Source: Desulfosudaceae bacterium (GTDB taxonomy: Bacteria > Desulfobacterota > Desulfobacteria > Desulfobacterales > Desulfosudaceae). From it: a stretch of 64,000 bases of DNA. The DNA lies in contig CAXXDV010000003.1 of NCBI GenBank assembly GCA_963674745.2, forward strand, positions 1,088,001 through 1,152,000, given 5' to 3'. Shown piece after piece: positions 20,516-30,820 of the stretch (positions are counted from its first letter, which is position 1; every line of letters starts with the position of its first letter). A model generated the notes under the pieces. The model was not told the origin of the DNA and did no database searches. It worked only from the letters and a program-made list of their open reading frames with translations. Both the position numbers and the translations under genes were made by a program.

Positions 20516-22051
20516 CTATTTCGCCCAACCCGGCAAGGTGTTCATATCAATGCCGAAAACAACACTGCCCAGAAAATAGAACAATGTGGCAATCACAATC
20601 GCGCCGATAATGTTAATACCCATCCCGACTCTGGCCATGTCGGATATTTTCACCCGGCCGCTGCCGAAAATAATGGCGTTGGGCGGGGTCGCCACCGGCA
20701 TCATAAAGGCGCATGACGCGGAAATGGTGGCCGGGATCATCAGCACCAGGGGATTGGTTTTCATGGCTACGCCCATGCAGGCCAGGATGGGCAGGATCAT
20801 TTCCGTCGTGGCCGTATTCGAGGTCAGTTCGGTTAAAAAGGTAATGCCCAGGCAGAGGATCAGGATCATTACAAACGGCGGTACATCAGCCAGTCCGCTG
20901 AACTGTTCGCCGATCCAGGCCGACAGCCCGCTGACCTGGAACCCCTTGGCCAGGGCAAACCCGCCGCCGAACAGCAGCACGATTTCCCAGGGCAGGTTGC
21001 GGACCACTTCGACGTCCATCAGCCGGTCGGCCCGGGCTTCTTTACTTTTAACCGGAATAAAAAACAGGGTCATGGCCATAAAGACGGCCACCGTTCCGTC
21101 ATCGATCATCTCCGGAAAAGGCAGCAGGTTGGACCAGCCGGGTATGGACACAAATCCAATGTCCAGGTTTTTGCGGAACACCCACAATAATGCGGTCAGG
21201 GAAAATACCCACATGACGGCTTTTTCTTCAAACGTGACCGGCCCCAGCTTGCGGTATTCCTCGGTGATGATGCTTTTATCAATAATGACGTGTTCGGGTA
21301 TCCGGAGAAAGAGCCGGGTCAGCAGCAGCCAGACAATGGCCAGCATGATCACCGACAGGGGCAGCCCGAACACGAACCAGGTGCCGAAGCTGATGGGTTC
21401 CGCCCCGGGAAAGGTGATTTGAAAAATCCGCGCAAAAGACAGGTTCGGCGGGGTGCCGACCAGTGTGGCCACACCGCCCAGGGAGCAGGCATAGGCAATG
21501 CCCAGCATCAGACCGGTCGTGAACTGCCGGGTATCGTCCCGGTCGAATGTTTCTTCAAGCTGCAGGATAATGGCCATGCCGATGGGTACCATCATGATGG
21601 CCGTGGCGGTATTGGAAATCCACATGGATAAAAAGGCCGAGGCCAGCATGAACCCGAGGATGATACGGGCCGGGCCGCCGCCGATGACCCTGATGATCGA
21701 CAGGGCGATGCGGCGATGCAGGTGCCATTTTTCCATGGTCAGGGCGATCATGAACCCGCCCAGAAAGAGGAAGATGGTGCTGTTGATATAAATCGGCGCC
21801 GTGGCTTTGCCTTTAAGAATGCCCAGCAACGGGAAAAGCACCATGGGCAGAAGGGCCGTAGCAAACAGGGGAATGGCGTCGGTGATCCACCAGGTGGCCA
21901 TCAAAATCGCCACCGCGGCCATGGCCGGCAAGGTGGTGCTGTCGGTTTCTGGCCGGAAGAGGGTAATCATCAGGATGAACAGAACCGGGCCAAGGACAAG
22001 ACCTGTTTTCTGGCCGGTGGTTTTTCTGTTTTTGCCCTCACGGATGTTCAT
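20516..22051 (-). CDS. SLC13/DASS family sodium:dicarboxylate/sulfate symporter
   Basis: SMWISNTAT, GTPPN, TELTSNTAT, FMMPVATPPNA; many TM segments; start ATG 22051 after GGAG. Confidence 0.92.
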   Translation of the reverse strand: MNIREGKNRKTTGQKTGLVLGPVLFILMITLFRPETDSTTLPAMAAVAILMATWWITDAIPLFATALLPMVLFPLLGILKGKATAPIYINSTIFLFLGGFMIALTMEKWHLHRRIALSIIRVIGGGPARIILGFMLASAFLSMWISNTATAIMMVPIGMAIILQLEETFDRDDTRQFTTGLMLGIAYACSLGGVATLVGTPPNLSFARIFQITFPGAEPISFGTWFVFGLPLSVIMLAIVWLLLTRLFLRIPEHVIIDKSIITEEYRKLGPVTFEEKAVMWVFSLTALLWVFRKNLDIGFVSIPGWSNLLPFPEMIDDGTVAVFMAMTLFFIPVKSKEARADRLMDVEVVRNLPWEIVLLFGGGFALAKGFQVSGLSAWIGEQFSGLADVPPFVMILILCLGITFLTELTSNTATTEMILPILACMGVAMKTNPLVLMIPATISASCAFMMPVATPPNAIIFGSGRVKISDMARVGMGINIIGAIVIATLFYFLGSVVFGIDMNTLPGWAK

Positions 22052-22335
22052 CAGCGCTCCATCAGATTTTTCTATTTTAAACCTGAATGTCCATAAAGGC
22101 AAGTTAATCTCCGGAGCGAGGCGGTTTGAGGTGACGAACGTTTGTTCACGTTAGGGGCGTGTTCATGAACAATGTAGGGGCAGGCCCCCGTGCCTGCCCG
22201 GCAAAAGGGCAACCACAGGGGGTTGCCCCTACGGGCCGTGGTGAATAAGGGTAACCACCTAAACACGGCAAAAGGGCGACCCGCCGGTCGCCCCTACGGG
22301 CCGTAGAAAGCGTTCGTCACCCCGAACCCCTTTCT

Positions 22336-23181
22336 TTATGGCATCAACCGATCAATTTTACGCGTCAAAACCTCCTGCCCGGACAGCTCATGATCGTACC
22401 CGTAAACCGCCCCTTCCCATGAACCGTAAATGGGGTTGGGCAGCACGATCCATTTTTCCGCCCAGAACGGGGCATAGGCTTCGGCCGCTTTGATCCGGTT
22501 TTCCGGTTTGTCTTTCATGCCGCTGATAAAATCGCCCAGGTTGTCCCCGGCCATCAGTATGACACGATAATCCCCGCAGATCCGGCGCCGCCGGCTGCAT
22601 TTGTTCGATGACGTGTCACCGCATTCGCCTTTGGAGTAAATCGAATCCACGCCTTTTGCGACCGGGAACCCCTCATTTTTCAGGTTTTTCAAAGTCCAGG
22701 GCTCCACGGACACGGGCCGGTTGGTGACATAGAAAACGGTAACACCTTTTTCTTCGGCCGCCCACTTGATAAACGCCAGGGCACCGGAAATACTTTTGGC
22801 CGAAGCGGTGCGGGTCCACTCATCCCAAAGGGCCTGGTTGAACCGGCGGCCCTGCTTTATCATCTGTGCCTGGAAACCGGTGGTGTCGAGCACGGTTTCG
22901 TCAATATCCACGATAATCGCCGGGGGCAGGGCACCAAAATCCGTGCCGACCTGTTCGACGGCGGCCGTCCAGGTCGGATCGGCCAGTGCCTTTTCCACGG
23001 ATGTCCGGGCCCGCTGATAGGCCTGGGTGGTCATCATCCGGTATTCGGCCGAGGTCTGCATCCACAGGGTAGCGTTCAGTGTTTCACAGCCATCTTGATA
23101 TTTCGGGGCCGTGCAGCAGGCCGCCATCATTAACGCCGGCATGATCGCCAGGCAAAACCATTTCATCATTTTCATATTCAT
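22336..23181 (-). CDS. 5'-nucleotidase/acid phosphatase lipoprotein, e(P4) family (HAD)
   Basis: Lipobox-like MAAC, DIDETVLD, YVTNR, GDNLGDF, LPNPIYGSW. Confidence 0.9.
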   Translation of the reverse strand: MNMKMMKWFCLAIMPALMMAACCTAPKYQDGCETLNATLWMQTSAEYRMMTTQAYQRARTSVEKALADPTWTAAVEQVGTDFGALPPAIIVDIDETVLDTTGFQAQMIKQGRRFNQALWDEWTRTASAKSISGALAFIKWAAEEKGVTVFYVTNRPVSVEPWTLKNLKNEGFPVAKGVDSIYSKGECGDTSSNKCSRRRRICGDYRVILMAGDNLGDFISGMKDKPENRIKAAEAYAPFWAEKWIVLPNPIYGSWEGAVYGYDHELSGQEVLTRKIDRLMP

Positions 23182-23595
23182 TCCGCCCTTTCCCTTTAAG
23201 CATTGTTCCGGCCGGCAAAATCACCCCGGTATTCGCATAGATGAATATACCCCCTAAAACACAATTGATTGAAAGAAAACCCGGGCGTATTTGAGAAATT
23301 TACATGGTTGTATGCGATTTAATATTGTAGGGGCAGGCCCCCGTGGCCGACCGGCAAAAGGGCGACCACAGGGGGTTGCCCCTACGGACCGTGGAAGGCG
23401 TTCATGAATATTGTAGGGGCAGGCCCCCGTGCCTGCCCATTTAAAAGGGCAACCACAGGGGGTTGCCCCTACGGGTGCAGAAATTGTTGAACCCTAAAAC
23501 CCCTGCGAAGCAGGTTGCAAAGCAGGATTGCATCAATTGCCCGTTTCTGTTAAAACCACACGTGAGACTGAAACATTCAAACAGGGAGGGGAATC

Positions 23596-24225
23596 ATGAA
23601 AAAAAACCTGCTCATTCCGGCCATCGTTTTTACTTTCGCGCTCATTTTAACCGGCTGCGGCCCGTCTCCGGACGATCAGAAAAAAACCGGGCCCGAACCG
23701 GCAAAGGAAGCCCCCCCGACAACCCGACCGGCACCACAGCAAGCAATTGAACAACCCGCCCCACCGGTTAAAACCGCTGTCCCACCGGTCGAAGAAAAAA
23801 TACCGTCCGAAGCAGCTGAATCACCCGTCGACACGTCCACGGGTTCTGATGCAGTGGCCGATGTGATTGTAATGAAAAATACGACCGCTTTTAAAGAGCA
23901 TACCCGGGCCATTGTCATGTTCACCCACAAAAAACATTTTTTACCGGCCCCGGATGGCCACGCCATTGCCTGCGGTGAATGCCACCATGACAAAGACGGA
24001 CAACCCCTGGAACTTAAAAAGGGCGACGTTGTTCAGGGCTGCATGGCCTGCCATGACAAAACCGATAAACCCAAAAAACCCGCCGGCATGTCCCGGGAAG
24101 AGTGGAGCACCATGCAGCTCGAGTACTACTACGGCGCTATTCATGCCAACTGCATCGACTGCCACAAGGCCGGCGAAGCCGGTCCCACCAAGTGCAATGA
24201 ATGCCACCCCAAACCGGAGGAATAA
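23596..24225 (+). CDS. Tetraheme cytochrome c3 family lipoprotein
   Basis: Lipobox LTGC; Pro-rich linker; FTHKKH; four CxxCH motifs (CGECH, CMACH, CIDCH, CNECH). Confidence 0.9.
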   Translation: MKKNLLIPAIVFTFALILTGCGPSPDDQKKTGPEPAKEAPPTTRPAPQQAIEQPAPPVKTAVPPVEEKIPSEAAESPVDTSTGSDAVADVIVMKNTTAFKEHTRAIVMFTHKKHFLPAPDGHAIACGECHHDKDGQPLELKKGDVVQGCMACHDKTDKPKKPAGMSREEWSTMQLEYYYGAIHANCIDCHKAGEAGPTKCNECHPKPEE

Positions 24226-24413
24226 GCGAACCCCTATCGGCCTCAACCTGCCCGGAAAAGGGCAACCACAGGGGGTTGCCCCTACGGGCCGTGGAAAATG
24301 TTCATGAACAATATTCGCGATAGGGCCGCCCCCGACAACATTCGGATCGGGTCGCCTTACAACATTCGTGAACGATCCCGGAGCCTCAAACCCAAAACCC
24401 TGAAACCGTTTTT

Positions 24414-25556
24414 CTAATTGTTCCCGGACAGATCTAACCTTGTCAACCAGTTGTGGGCTGAGCGGATTTCAGAACCGTCAGGATAGGTTTTTTCTTTTTT
24501 AAGAGATTTGACCAGTTGGATTTTTCTGATACCTGAGAAATACTTTGCAAATACATCAAAATTGGGGCTCAAGGCGTCATCCTGCCATTTTACTTCCAGC
24601 ATTAACACCGGTGACTCGGATCGGGTCACCAGAAAATCGATTTCTTTGCCTTCTTTATTTTTTAGATAATAAAGTCCGCGGGTCTCGCCAAAACAATCTT
24701 CCAGAAAATGAATTTCCTTCATCAGGGCGCAGGCCACCAGATTTTCCAGCTTGACACCCTGGTCGCCGATTACCTGACCGGTATCGTAAAAATAGAACTT
24801 GGGTGATTTTAAAATCGCCCGGGCAATGTTTTTGTGGTACGGGGGCACCTTGAAAATAACATACATGTTTTCCAGGATGGTCAGCCATCGCTTGACGGTT
24901 TTATCCGAGCACTGCAGGTCTTCCGCCAGGGAGTGGTAGGAGATCGGGCTGCCTACCCGTCGTTTCAGAAGCTGAATCAGGGTTTCAATGGCCGATATTT
25001 CCTGAACGTTTTCAAGCTCGATCAGGTCCTGCCGGATAATAATATCAAGGTGTGACTTTTGCCAGCGTTTATAAAAAGGGCCTTTGCCTTTTAAAAACGG
25101 TTCGGGAAAACCACCTGTATCGAGCAGTTTGTCCAGCTCCTTCCCGGGATTGTCCGGTTTTAAAAAGGTACCGATTTCTTTTAAATCCAGGGGATGAAGC
25201 CGGAACTGAAAAAAACGACCGGCCAGCGAATCCCCGACTTTTTTGTATGTATCCAGCCGGGCACTGCCGGTAACCAGCAGGGCTGGCGGAATTCCTTCTG
25301 TATCAAAAATGCCTTTGATCCAGGACTTCCAGTTTTTCAGTTTGTGCAGCTCATCAAAAATAATCAGCTCTTTTGACCGGTCCCATGATTTGTCAGATAT
25401 ATCCAGCCGATGCTCGGCATTATCATAATTAAAATAATCAAAGCTTTCGGTCAACATTTTGGACAATGTTGTCTTGCCTGCCTGTCGTGGGCCTGTCAAA
25501 AGGATAATTTTTTCCGGCAGATCCTTTTTTATATATGTTTCCAGGTAACGTTTCAT
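24414..25556 (-). CDS. AAA_14 ATPase with DUF4143 (wHTH/PD-(D/E)XK-like) C-terminus
   Basis: GPRQAGKT, IFDELHK, TGSA, SLAGR, KSPKFYFYDTG, EIDF...EVK. Confidence 0.9.
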   Translation of the reverse strand: MKRYLETYIKKDLPEKIILLTGPRQAGKTTLSKMLTESFDYFNYDNAEHRLDISDKSWDRSKELIIFDELHKLKNWKSWIKGIFDTEGIPPALLVTGSARLDTYKKVGDSLAGRFFQFRLHPLDLKEIGTFLKPDNPGKELDKLLDTGGFPEPFLKGKGPFYKRWQKSHLDIIIRQDLIELENVQEISAIETLIQLLKRRVGSPISYHSLAEDLQCSDKTVKRWLTILENMYVIFKVPPYHKNIARAILKSPKFYFYDTGQVIGDQGVKLENLVACALMKEIHFLEDCFGETRGLYYLKNKEGKEIDFLVTRSESPVLMLEVKWQDDALSPNFDVFAKYFSGIRKIQLVKSLKKEKTYPDGSEIRSAHNWLTRLDLSGNN

Positions 25557-25792
25557 AATGACTATTATGGCATCCGTTCCGAAAAAGTCAAGACTTTTCC
25601 GGAGCGGATGCCGAATTGGTCAGGGCCTTGCCGTTTTATTGTAGGGGCGACCGGCCGGTCGCCCCTACAACATCCGCAACATTTGAGAATATTCCCGGAC
25701 CTTGACAAAAGGGCACGGCACGCCGTGCCCCTACCGGAACCCCGAACCTCAAACCCCGAACCCATAAGGGTTTCCCCGATGTGAACAAAAAA

Positions 25793-26584
25793 TTATGTGG
25801 AATCCTGATGGATAAAAAAACGATTGGCATTCTCAAACGCCAGGGCTTTTCTCACTTCGGCCGAAAATCGTTTGTCCTGGTAAAAATCAACCAGGTCTTC
25901 GTAAAACATGACCCCGGAATCCGTGTTGCACATGATCTTATCAAGCTGTTCGGCATGGCTGTCCACGATCTGCATTAAATCATCAAGAGACGTCTTGATG
26001 GGGCTCAACGTTATCCCGGCCCAAAAGCCGCCTCTCAGGACCGGGCCGATGGTCTTTGGCGTGCAGTGATCGATGACCGTGATCGGCGCCAGATCCGGAA
26101 AATCCGCCAGCAGCACCATGGTCTGGGCGGTCACGGCCGGTTTGTCTTCCCGGGGGGTATGGATGCCGATGCATTTGTTCATGGCCAGCAGCTTGTCCCC
26201 CAGGGCGAGCTGCTCCCTCAACATCTCCTGTTCAAAAACACTGCCGGTTTCCAGGCCGATTTCGCCCAAACCCAGGCAGAGCGGGTCCTTCAGGTAGGGC
26301 ATCAGGATGTTTGCCACTTCTGTGGCGGCCAGGTCCGGCGTAATGCTCCGGGGGTGGATACCGGCCAGGTAAAAGCATTTTTTGCCTCTGCGGTTCAAGC
26401 GCCGGACCAGGTCGGCCTGGGCCGTCAAACAGTTCAGCAAACCGGACTGGTTTTTTACCCCCGGACAAAAGGCCCAGGAAACCGGCATCATATCATGTTT
26501 CTGCATCCATTCGATCCGCTCCGGATGATTCTTATCCACAAGGTCCAGGTGCAAATGACTGTCAATAATCGTCATGTTGTTCAC
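25793..26584 (-). CDS. TatD-family metal-dependent hydrolase
   Basis: IDSHLH, GIHP, LGEIGLE, IHTP, IDH, NTD, NANRFF. Confidence 0.85.
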   Translation of the reverse strand: MNNMTIIDSHLHLDLVDKNHPERIEWMQKHDMMPVSWAFCPGVKNQSGLLNCLTAQADLVRRLNRRGKKCFYLAGIHPRSITPDLAATEVANILMPYLKDPLCLGLGEIGLETGSVFEQEMLREQLALGDKLLAMNKCIGIHTPREDKPAVTAQTMVLLADFPDLAPITVIDHCTPKTIGPVLRGGFWAGITLSPIKTSLDDLMQIVDSHAEQLDKIMCNTDSGVMFYEDLVDFYQDKRFSAEVRKALAFENANRFFIHQDST

Positions 26585-26805
26585 AGCAGCCCCTCTGATC
26601 GTTACAAGTCGATTGTTGAGGATATGACTGAAGTTTGCAATGGTTTTCTTTCAAGGCCGATATTCTGCCTTCGTCATTCCGGCCTCGAAAGCCGGGATTC
26701 AGATCTGCCGGACATAAACACACGCCTGAACGTGTTTTAAGAAAACCGGCCAGAATTCCGAGGCAAACCTAATCACCTAATCACATAACCACCTCCAACA
26801 AATTC

Positions 26806-27476
26806 GTAGGGGCACCCCCCCCGTGGGTGCCCTTGACCGGGCGGCCACAGGGGGCCGCCCCTACATTGTTCATGAACGCTCTCCGCGGATTTCTCGACGC
26901 CCATCCCGGCCCGTAGGGGCAACCCCCCGTGGTTGCCCTTCATCAGGGCAGGCACAGGGGCCTGCCCCTACATTGTTCATGAACGATTTCCACGGTATTC
27001 ATGAACATTCACCACGGCCCGTAGGGGCAACCCCCCGTGGTTGCCCTTCACCGGGCAGACACAGGGGCCTGCCCCTACATTGTTCATGAACGATTTCCAC
27101 GGTATTCATGAACATTCGCCACGGCCCGTAGGGGCAACCCCCCGTGGTTGCCCTTCATCAGGGCAGGCACAGGGGCCTGCCCCTACATTGTTCATGAACG
27201 ATTTCCACGGTATTCATGAACATTCGCCCCGGCCCGTAGGGGCAACCCCCCGTGGTTGCCCTTCATCAGGGCAGGCACAGGGGCCTGCCCCTACATTGTT
27301 CATGAACGATTTCCACGGTATTCATGAACATTCACCACGGCCCGTAGGGGCAACCCCCCGTGGTTGCCCATCATCAGGGCGGCCACAGGGGCCTGCCCCT
27401 ACATTGTTCATGAACGATTTCCACGGTATTCATGAACATTCACCACGGCCCGTAGGGGCAACCACCCGTGGTTGCC
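26806..27476. repeat. Tandem array of REP doublets, 107-108-bp period (6 units plus a partial)
   Basis: GTAG starts at 26806, 26913, 27021, 27128, 27236, 27344 and 27452; same linker family as the 19.7 kb array. Confidence 0.95.
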
Positions 27477-27547
27477 TCACACCCCGTCCCCTTAATCACC
27501 TTAAAACGCTATAACCCTGAAACCTTAAAACTCCCGCGAAGCGGGCC

Positions 27548-29983
27548 CTACGCCGCACTCGTCCGCGCAAACGGCACCAGGCTGCCTCTCACCACGGGCC
27601 GGGGCGTTTCATCATCCACCGGCTCTTCGGTCTTTGCCTGCTTCCGGCGTTTCCTTTCTGTCTCGACGTCTGCTACCGCCTTGTCATTTCCTAAAAACCG
27701 GGCATTGCTAGCATACCAGAACAATTCCCAGTCTTCCTGTTGTTTCAGCGGTGGAAACCCATTTGCGGCTTTCTCGGCTGTATCCCTGGCCTGTTTTGTC
27801 TGGCCTGTATCATTTAAAATCTCCGCTTTCAGGGAAAGATAAGCACTTTTTTCCCTCTCGATATCAAGGGCCGCATCGACTAAGACCAGCGCCTCTTCAT
27901 CACGCTTTGTTTTTTGATAAAGCTGCGCCAGGTTAAATGACGGAATGGCTCGAAATCCCCGGTCGGCGACCCGGATGGATTCCCGGTAGGCTTTTTCCGC
28001 GCGTTCATAGTCATTAATCTCTTTATAATAAATGCCCATCAGGTTCGAGATATACGCGCTTGGCTCACCTTTTTTTCTCAAAGCCGTGCGCAGGTAATAC
28101 AGGGCTTTCTCCTGATGGTTCAGTTCCGCGTACCACCTGGCCAGCTTGGTGTAGTCTTCAACGCTTTCCTCGTTACCGCCCTGCTGCGCGCGAAGTTTCT
28201 CTTCCATCTCCTCGATCTTCAGGCGTATGGAACCGGGATTGACCACATTGACCAAAGGATTTTCAAGGGTCCGCACAAACCCCTCGTTCTCCTCATCTTC
28301 TTCGGCTTCGCCCAGAAAGGCCCGGCACTCAAACTGCTTGCCGGCGGTCACCCGGTACTGCATGACGATTTCATCACCGGCCGTGGCCGCCTCGGGCAGA
28401 TCCCATATCTCGTTTAACAGGTGGCGGCTGTCGGTATGGCTCATCAGCTTGATTCGCAACTGATTCACCAGCAGTTGCGCCGTGTTCGGCACCGTCATCT
28501 CCAGGTCCACCCAGGAGCCGTCCGCCGGCCAGGGCAGGGGCGTCCCCGGTTCCACCAGGGGATAGCGGGTGCCGTCATTGGTTTCCAGGTCAATGCCGTC
28601 ATGCAGCACCGGCCGGATCAGGGGCCGGCCGGTAATGGTTTTATAGATGGTGTTCCAGGCCGCCCCGCGGGCCACGGCCGTCTGCATTCTTATCGGATCT
28701 TCAAAACAACAGATATAACAATCCTCGAAATATTCCTCGATGGCTTCCCGAACCTGGGGAATGAGCACACTGCCGCCGGTTATCAGACAGAAATCAACCA
28801 TATCCGGGCGGATACCGGCCCGGTCCAGGGCGTCTTCCAGCGGCGAAAACACGGACTGGGACATCCGGTATTCGGTTTCCCGGGCGTAAAGATGATCGGT
28901 ATCCAGAAACGGCTCCAGCAGGGTCTCAAACTGTTGGATCGACAGGCCGGGTTCATTAAGATACAATTCATCACCGTTCAGATCGCAGCGTATTGAAGCA
29001 ACCGTGGCACGCATTGTCTGGCTGTCGGTCTTATATGTCCCCCGGGCTTTCCTTTCACGAATCTTATCACACAGACTGATTTTCAATGTTTCAGCCGTGC
29101 CGATCAACTGGGTCTCCAAAACCAGTTTTTTGTCTTCCCAGTTCAGGTCAGCCGGCTCGAGCCCGTTGCTTTCCATCAGCGCCGGGATCAGCACATCATG
29201 AACAATGGCCTCGTCAATATCGCCGCCGCCCAGCCGGTGATACCGGGAAACCGACAGCTCACTCAACGACAGTGGCCTGTTCTCTCCATCGCTGGTGATC
29301 GATACCACCGATACATCGCAGGTACCGCCCCCGAAATCAAAAATAACGCCGATGTTTTCATCTTCGGGTGACAGCACCAGGTTGCTTTCTTCGGACATGA
29401 GGTAGTCGACCAGGGCGGCCGTGGGCTCCTCGAGCAGGCTGCCCTGGTCCAGGTGAAGATCGGCCAGCCGGCCGGCCCGCAGGGTATCCCGGCGCTGGTT
29501 CATCTGGAACGAGGCCGGCACCGTCACCGTAACGGCCTGGTAAGGCGCCACAGCCGCCTGCTCGGCCGCGTCCACCAGGAACGCCAGGATATACCCGGCC
29601 ACCTTGTGGGCATGATCCAGGTAGGCCGGCGCCCCGACATAGGTCTTGTTCAGGCCCATGTCGTTCTTGGTTTCGTAAAAGATATTCCGTCCCCTTACCA
29701 GGTGGACCCTGTCAACACTGTGCCACTTCCGCCGGGCGCCTTCGCCGATATAGATGGTTTCGTCTTTCATCACCACCGCCACCGACGGCACCATTTCACT
29801 GGAAAACGTTCCGGTCGAAAGCGGCTGGACCACCTCGAATACCCGGCACATGGGCGCATATCCCGGCATCCAGACACTTTCGGCAATGGTGGAGTTGGTG
29901 GTGCCCAGGTCAATACTGAGGGTGCGCACAACGCCCCCGCCGCCGGCCACCGGCTGGTCACAAAATCGTTTGATCATATCCAT
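27548..29983 (-). CDS. Divergent Hsp70-family ATPase with C-terminal TPR repeats
   Basis: IDLGTTNS, VTVPASF, LLEEPTAA, FDFGGGTCDVS, LGGGDID, TGGSVLIP, AVARGAA; TPR-like helices after about aa 600; RBS AAGGAGG. Confidence 0.88.
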   Translation of the reverse strand: MDMIKRFCDQPVAGGGGVVRTLSIDLGTTNSTIAESVWMPGYAPMCRVFEVVQPLSTGTFSSEMVPSVAVVMKDETIYIGEGARRKWHSVDRVHLVRGRNIFYETKNDMGLNKTYVGAPAYLDHAHKVAGYILAFLVDAAEQAAVAPYQAVTVTVPASFQMNQRRDTLRAGRLADLHLDQGSLLEEPTAALVDYLMSEESNLVLSPEDENIGVIFDFGGGTCDVSVVSITSDGENRPLSLSELSVSRYHRLGGGDIDEAIVHDVLIPALMESNGLEPADLNWEDKKLVLETQLIGTAETLKISLCDKIRERKARGTYKTDSQTMRATVASIRCDLNGDELYLNEPGLSIQQFETLLEPFLDTDHLYARETEYRMSQSVFSPLEDALDRAGIRPDMVDFCLITGGSVLIPQVREAIEEYFEDCYICCFEDPIRMQTAVARGAAWNTIYKTITGRPLIRPVLHDGIDLETNDGTRYPLVEPGTPLPWPADGSWVDLEMTVPNTAQLLVNQLRIKLMSHTDSRHLLNEIWDLPEAATAGDEIVMQYRVTAGKQFECRAFLGEAEEDEENEGFVRTLENPLVNVVNPGSIRLKIEEMEEKLRAQQGGNEESVEDYTKLARWYAELNHQEKALYYLRTALRKKGEPSAYISNLMGIYYKEINDYERAEKAYRESIRVADRGFRAIPSFNLAQLYQKTKRDEEALVLVDAALDIEREKSAYLSLKAEILNDTGQTKQARDTAEKAANGFPPLKQQEDWELFWYASNARFLGNDKAVADVETERKRRKQAKTEEPVDDETPRPVVRGSLVPFARTSAA

Positions 29984-30117
29984 TTTTATCCTCCTTTACT
30001 GAAGAGTTTAGGGCCTCGCTGAAAATCAGAATTTTCAGCTGTACCCTGAATAAAAATGCCCGCCCGTCCATATCGCCCCCGGTTGACAATGAACACACCA
30101 TCCTCAACCTTGATCCA

Positions 30118-30151
30118 ACAATACCACCCACCTGTGACATATCCGGTCACA
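30118..30151 (-). promoter_or_regulatory. TGTGAC-N7-GTCACA operator with -10 box (TGTCAC-N10-TATTGT) upstream of Hsp70-TPR
   Basis: Palindrome at 30133-30151. The minus strand reads TGTCAC aggtgggtgg TATTGT. The same motif occurs at 47405. Confidence 0.6.
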
Positions 30152-30779
30152 CTTCACGGAAATTTTTTTACCTCGTCATTCCGGACCCCGATCCGGAATC
30201 CAGAAAAATTGACCAGCACCACTTTGACGGGTGCCACGGGCAAAGCGCCAGCTTGCCCGTGCTGTCTCACCGTTACCCTGGACCCCGATCCGGCATCCAG
30301 AACGGCCGGCCATAAACACACGCCTGCACATGACCTAAGATAATCAGCCAAAATGCCGAGGCCCCCATAACCACTTAATCACTTAACCACTTAATCACCT
30401 TCCCCCGACCCGTAGGGGCAACCCCCCGTGGTTGCCCATCATCAGGGCAGGCACAGGGGCCTGCCCCTACATTGTCCCTGAACGTTTCCCCCGACCCGTA
30501 GGGGCAACCCCCCGTGGTTGCCCATCATCAGGGCAGGCACGGGGGCCTGCCCCTACAATTCAAACCCCGAACCCTGAACCCACCTACCTCGTCATGCCGG
30601 ACCCCCGATCCGGCATCCAGATCTGCCGGACATAAACACACGCCTGCACATGACCTAAGATAATCAGCCAAAATGCCGAGGCCCCCATAACCACTTAATC
30701 ACTTAACCACTTAATCACTTTAAAACCTCGAACCCCAACCCCATCTTTTTTCTTGCTTTTGACCGAATATAATGTAAAA

Positions 30780-30813
30780 TACAGTTAATTATCAAATTTG
30801 TTAATAAACTGTA
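30780..30813. promoter_or_regulatory. 34-bp imperfect inverted repeat, probable AbiEi autoregulatory operator
   Basis: tacagttaattatcaaa|tttgttaataaactgta (15/17 pairs), ending 7 bp before the abiEi ATG. Confidence 0.65.
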
Positions 30814-30820
30814 CTTTGCA

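Noticed and set aside
19696..27514. Repeat-peptide ORFs (19696-20157, 26823-27089, 27041-27514 and similar VGATPxGCP ORFs)
   Set aside because: They are translations of REP arrays whose 108-bp period keeps the frame open; no RBS or domain is evident.
30133..30151. TGTGAC-N7-GTCACA as a CRP site
   Set aside because: Canonical CRP spacing is TGTGA-N6-TCACA; here it is N9 at both sites.
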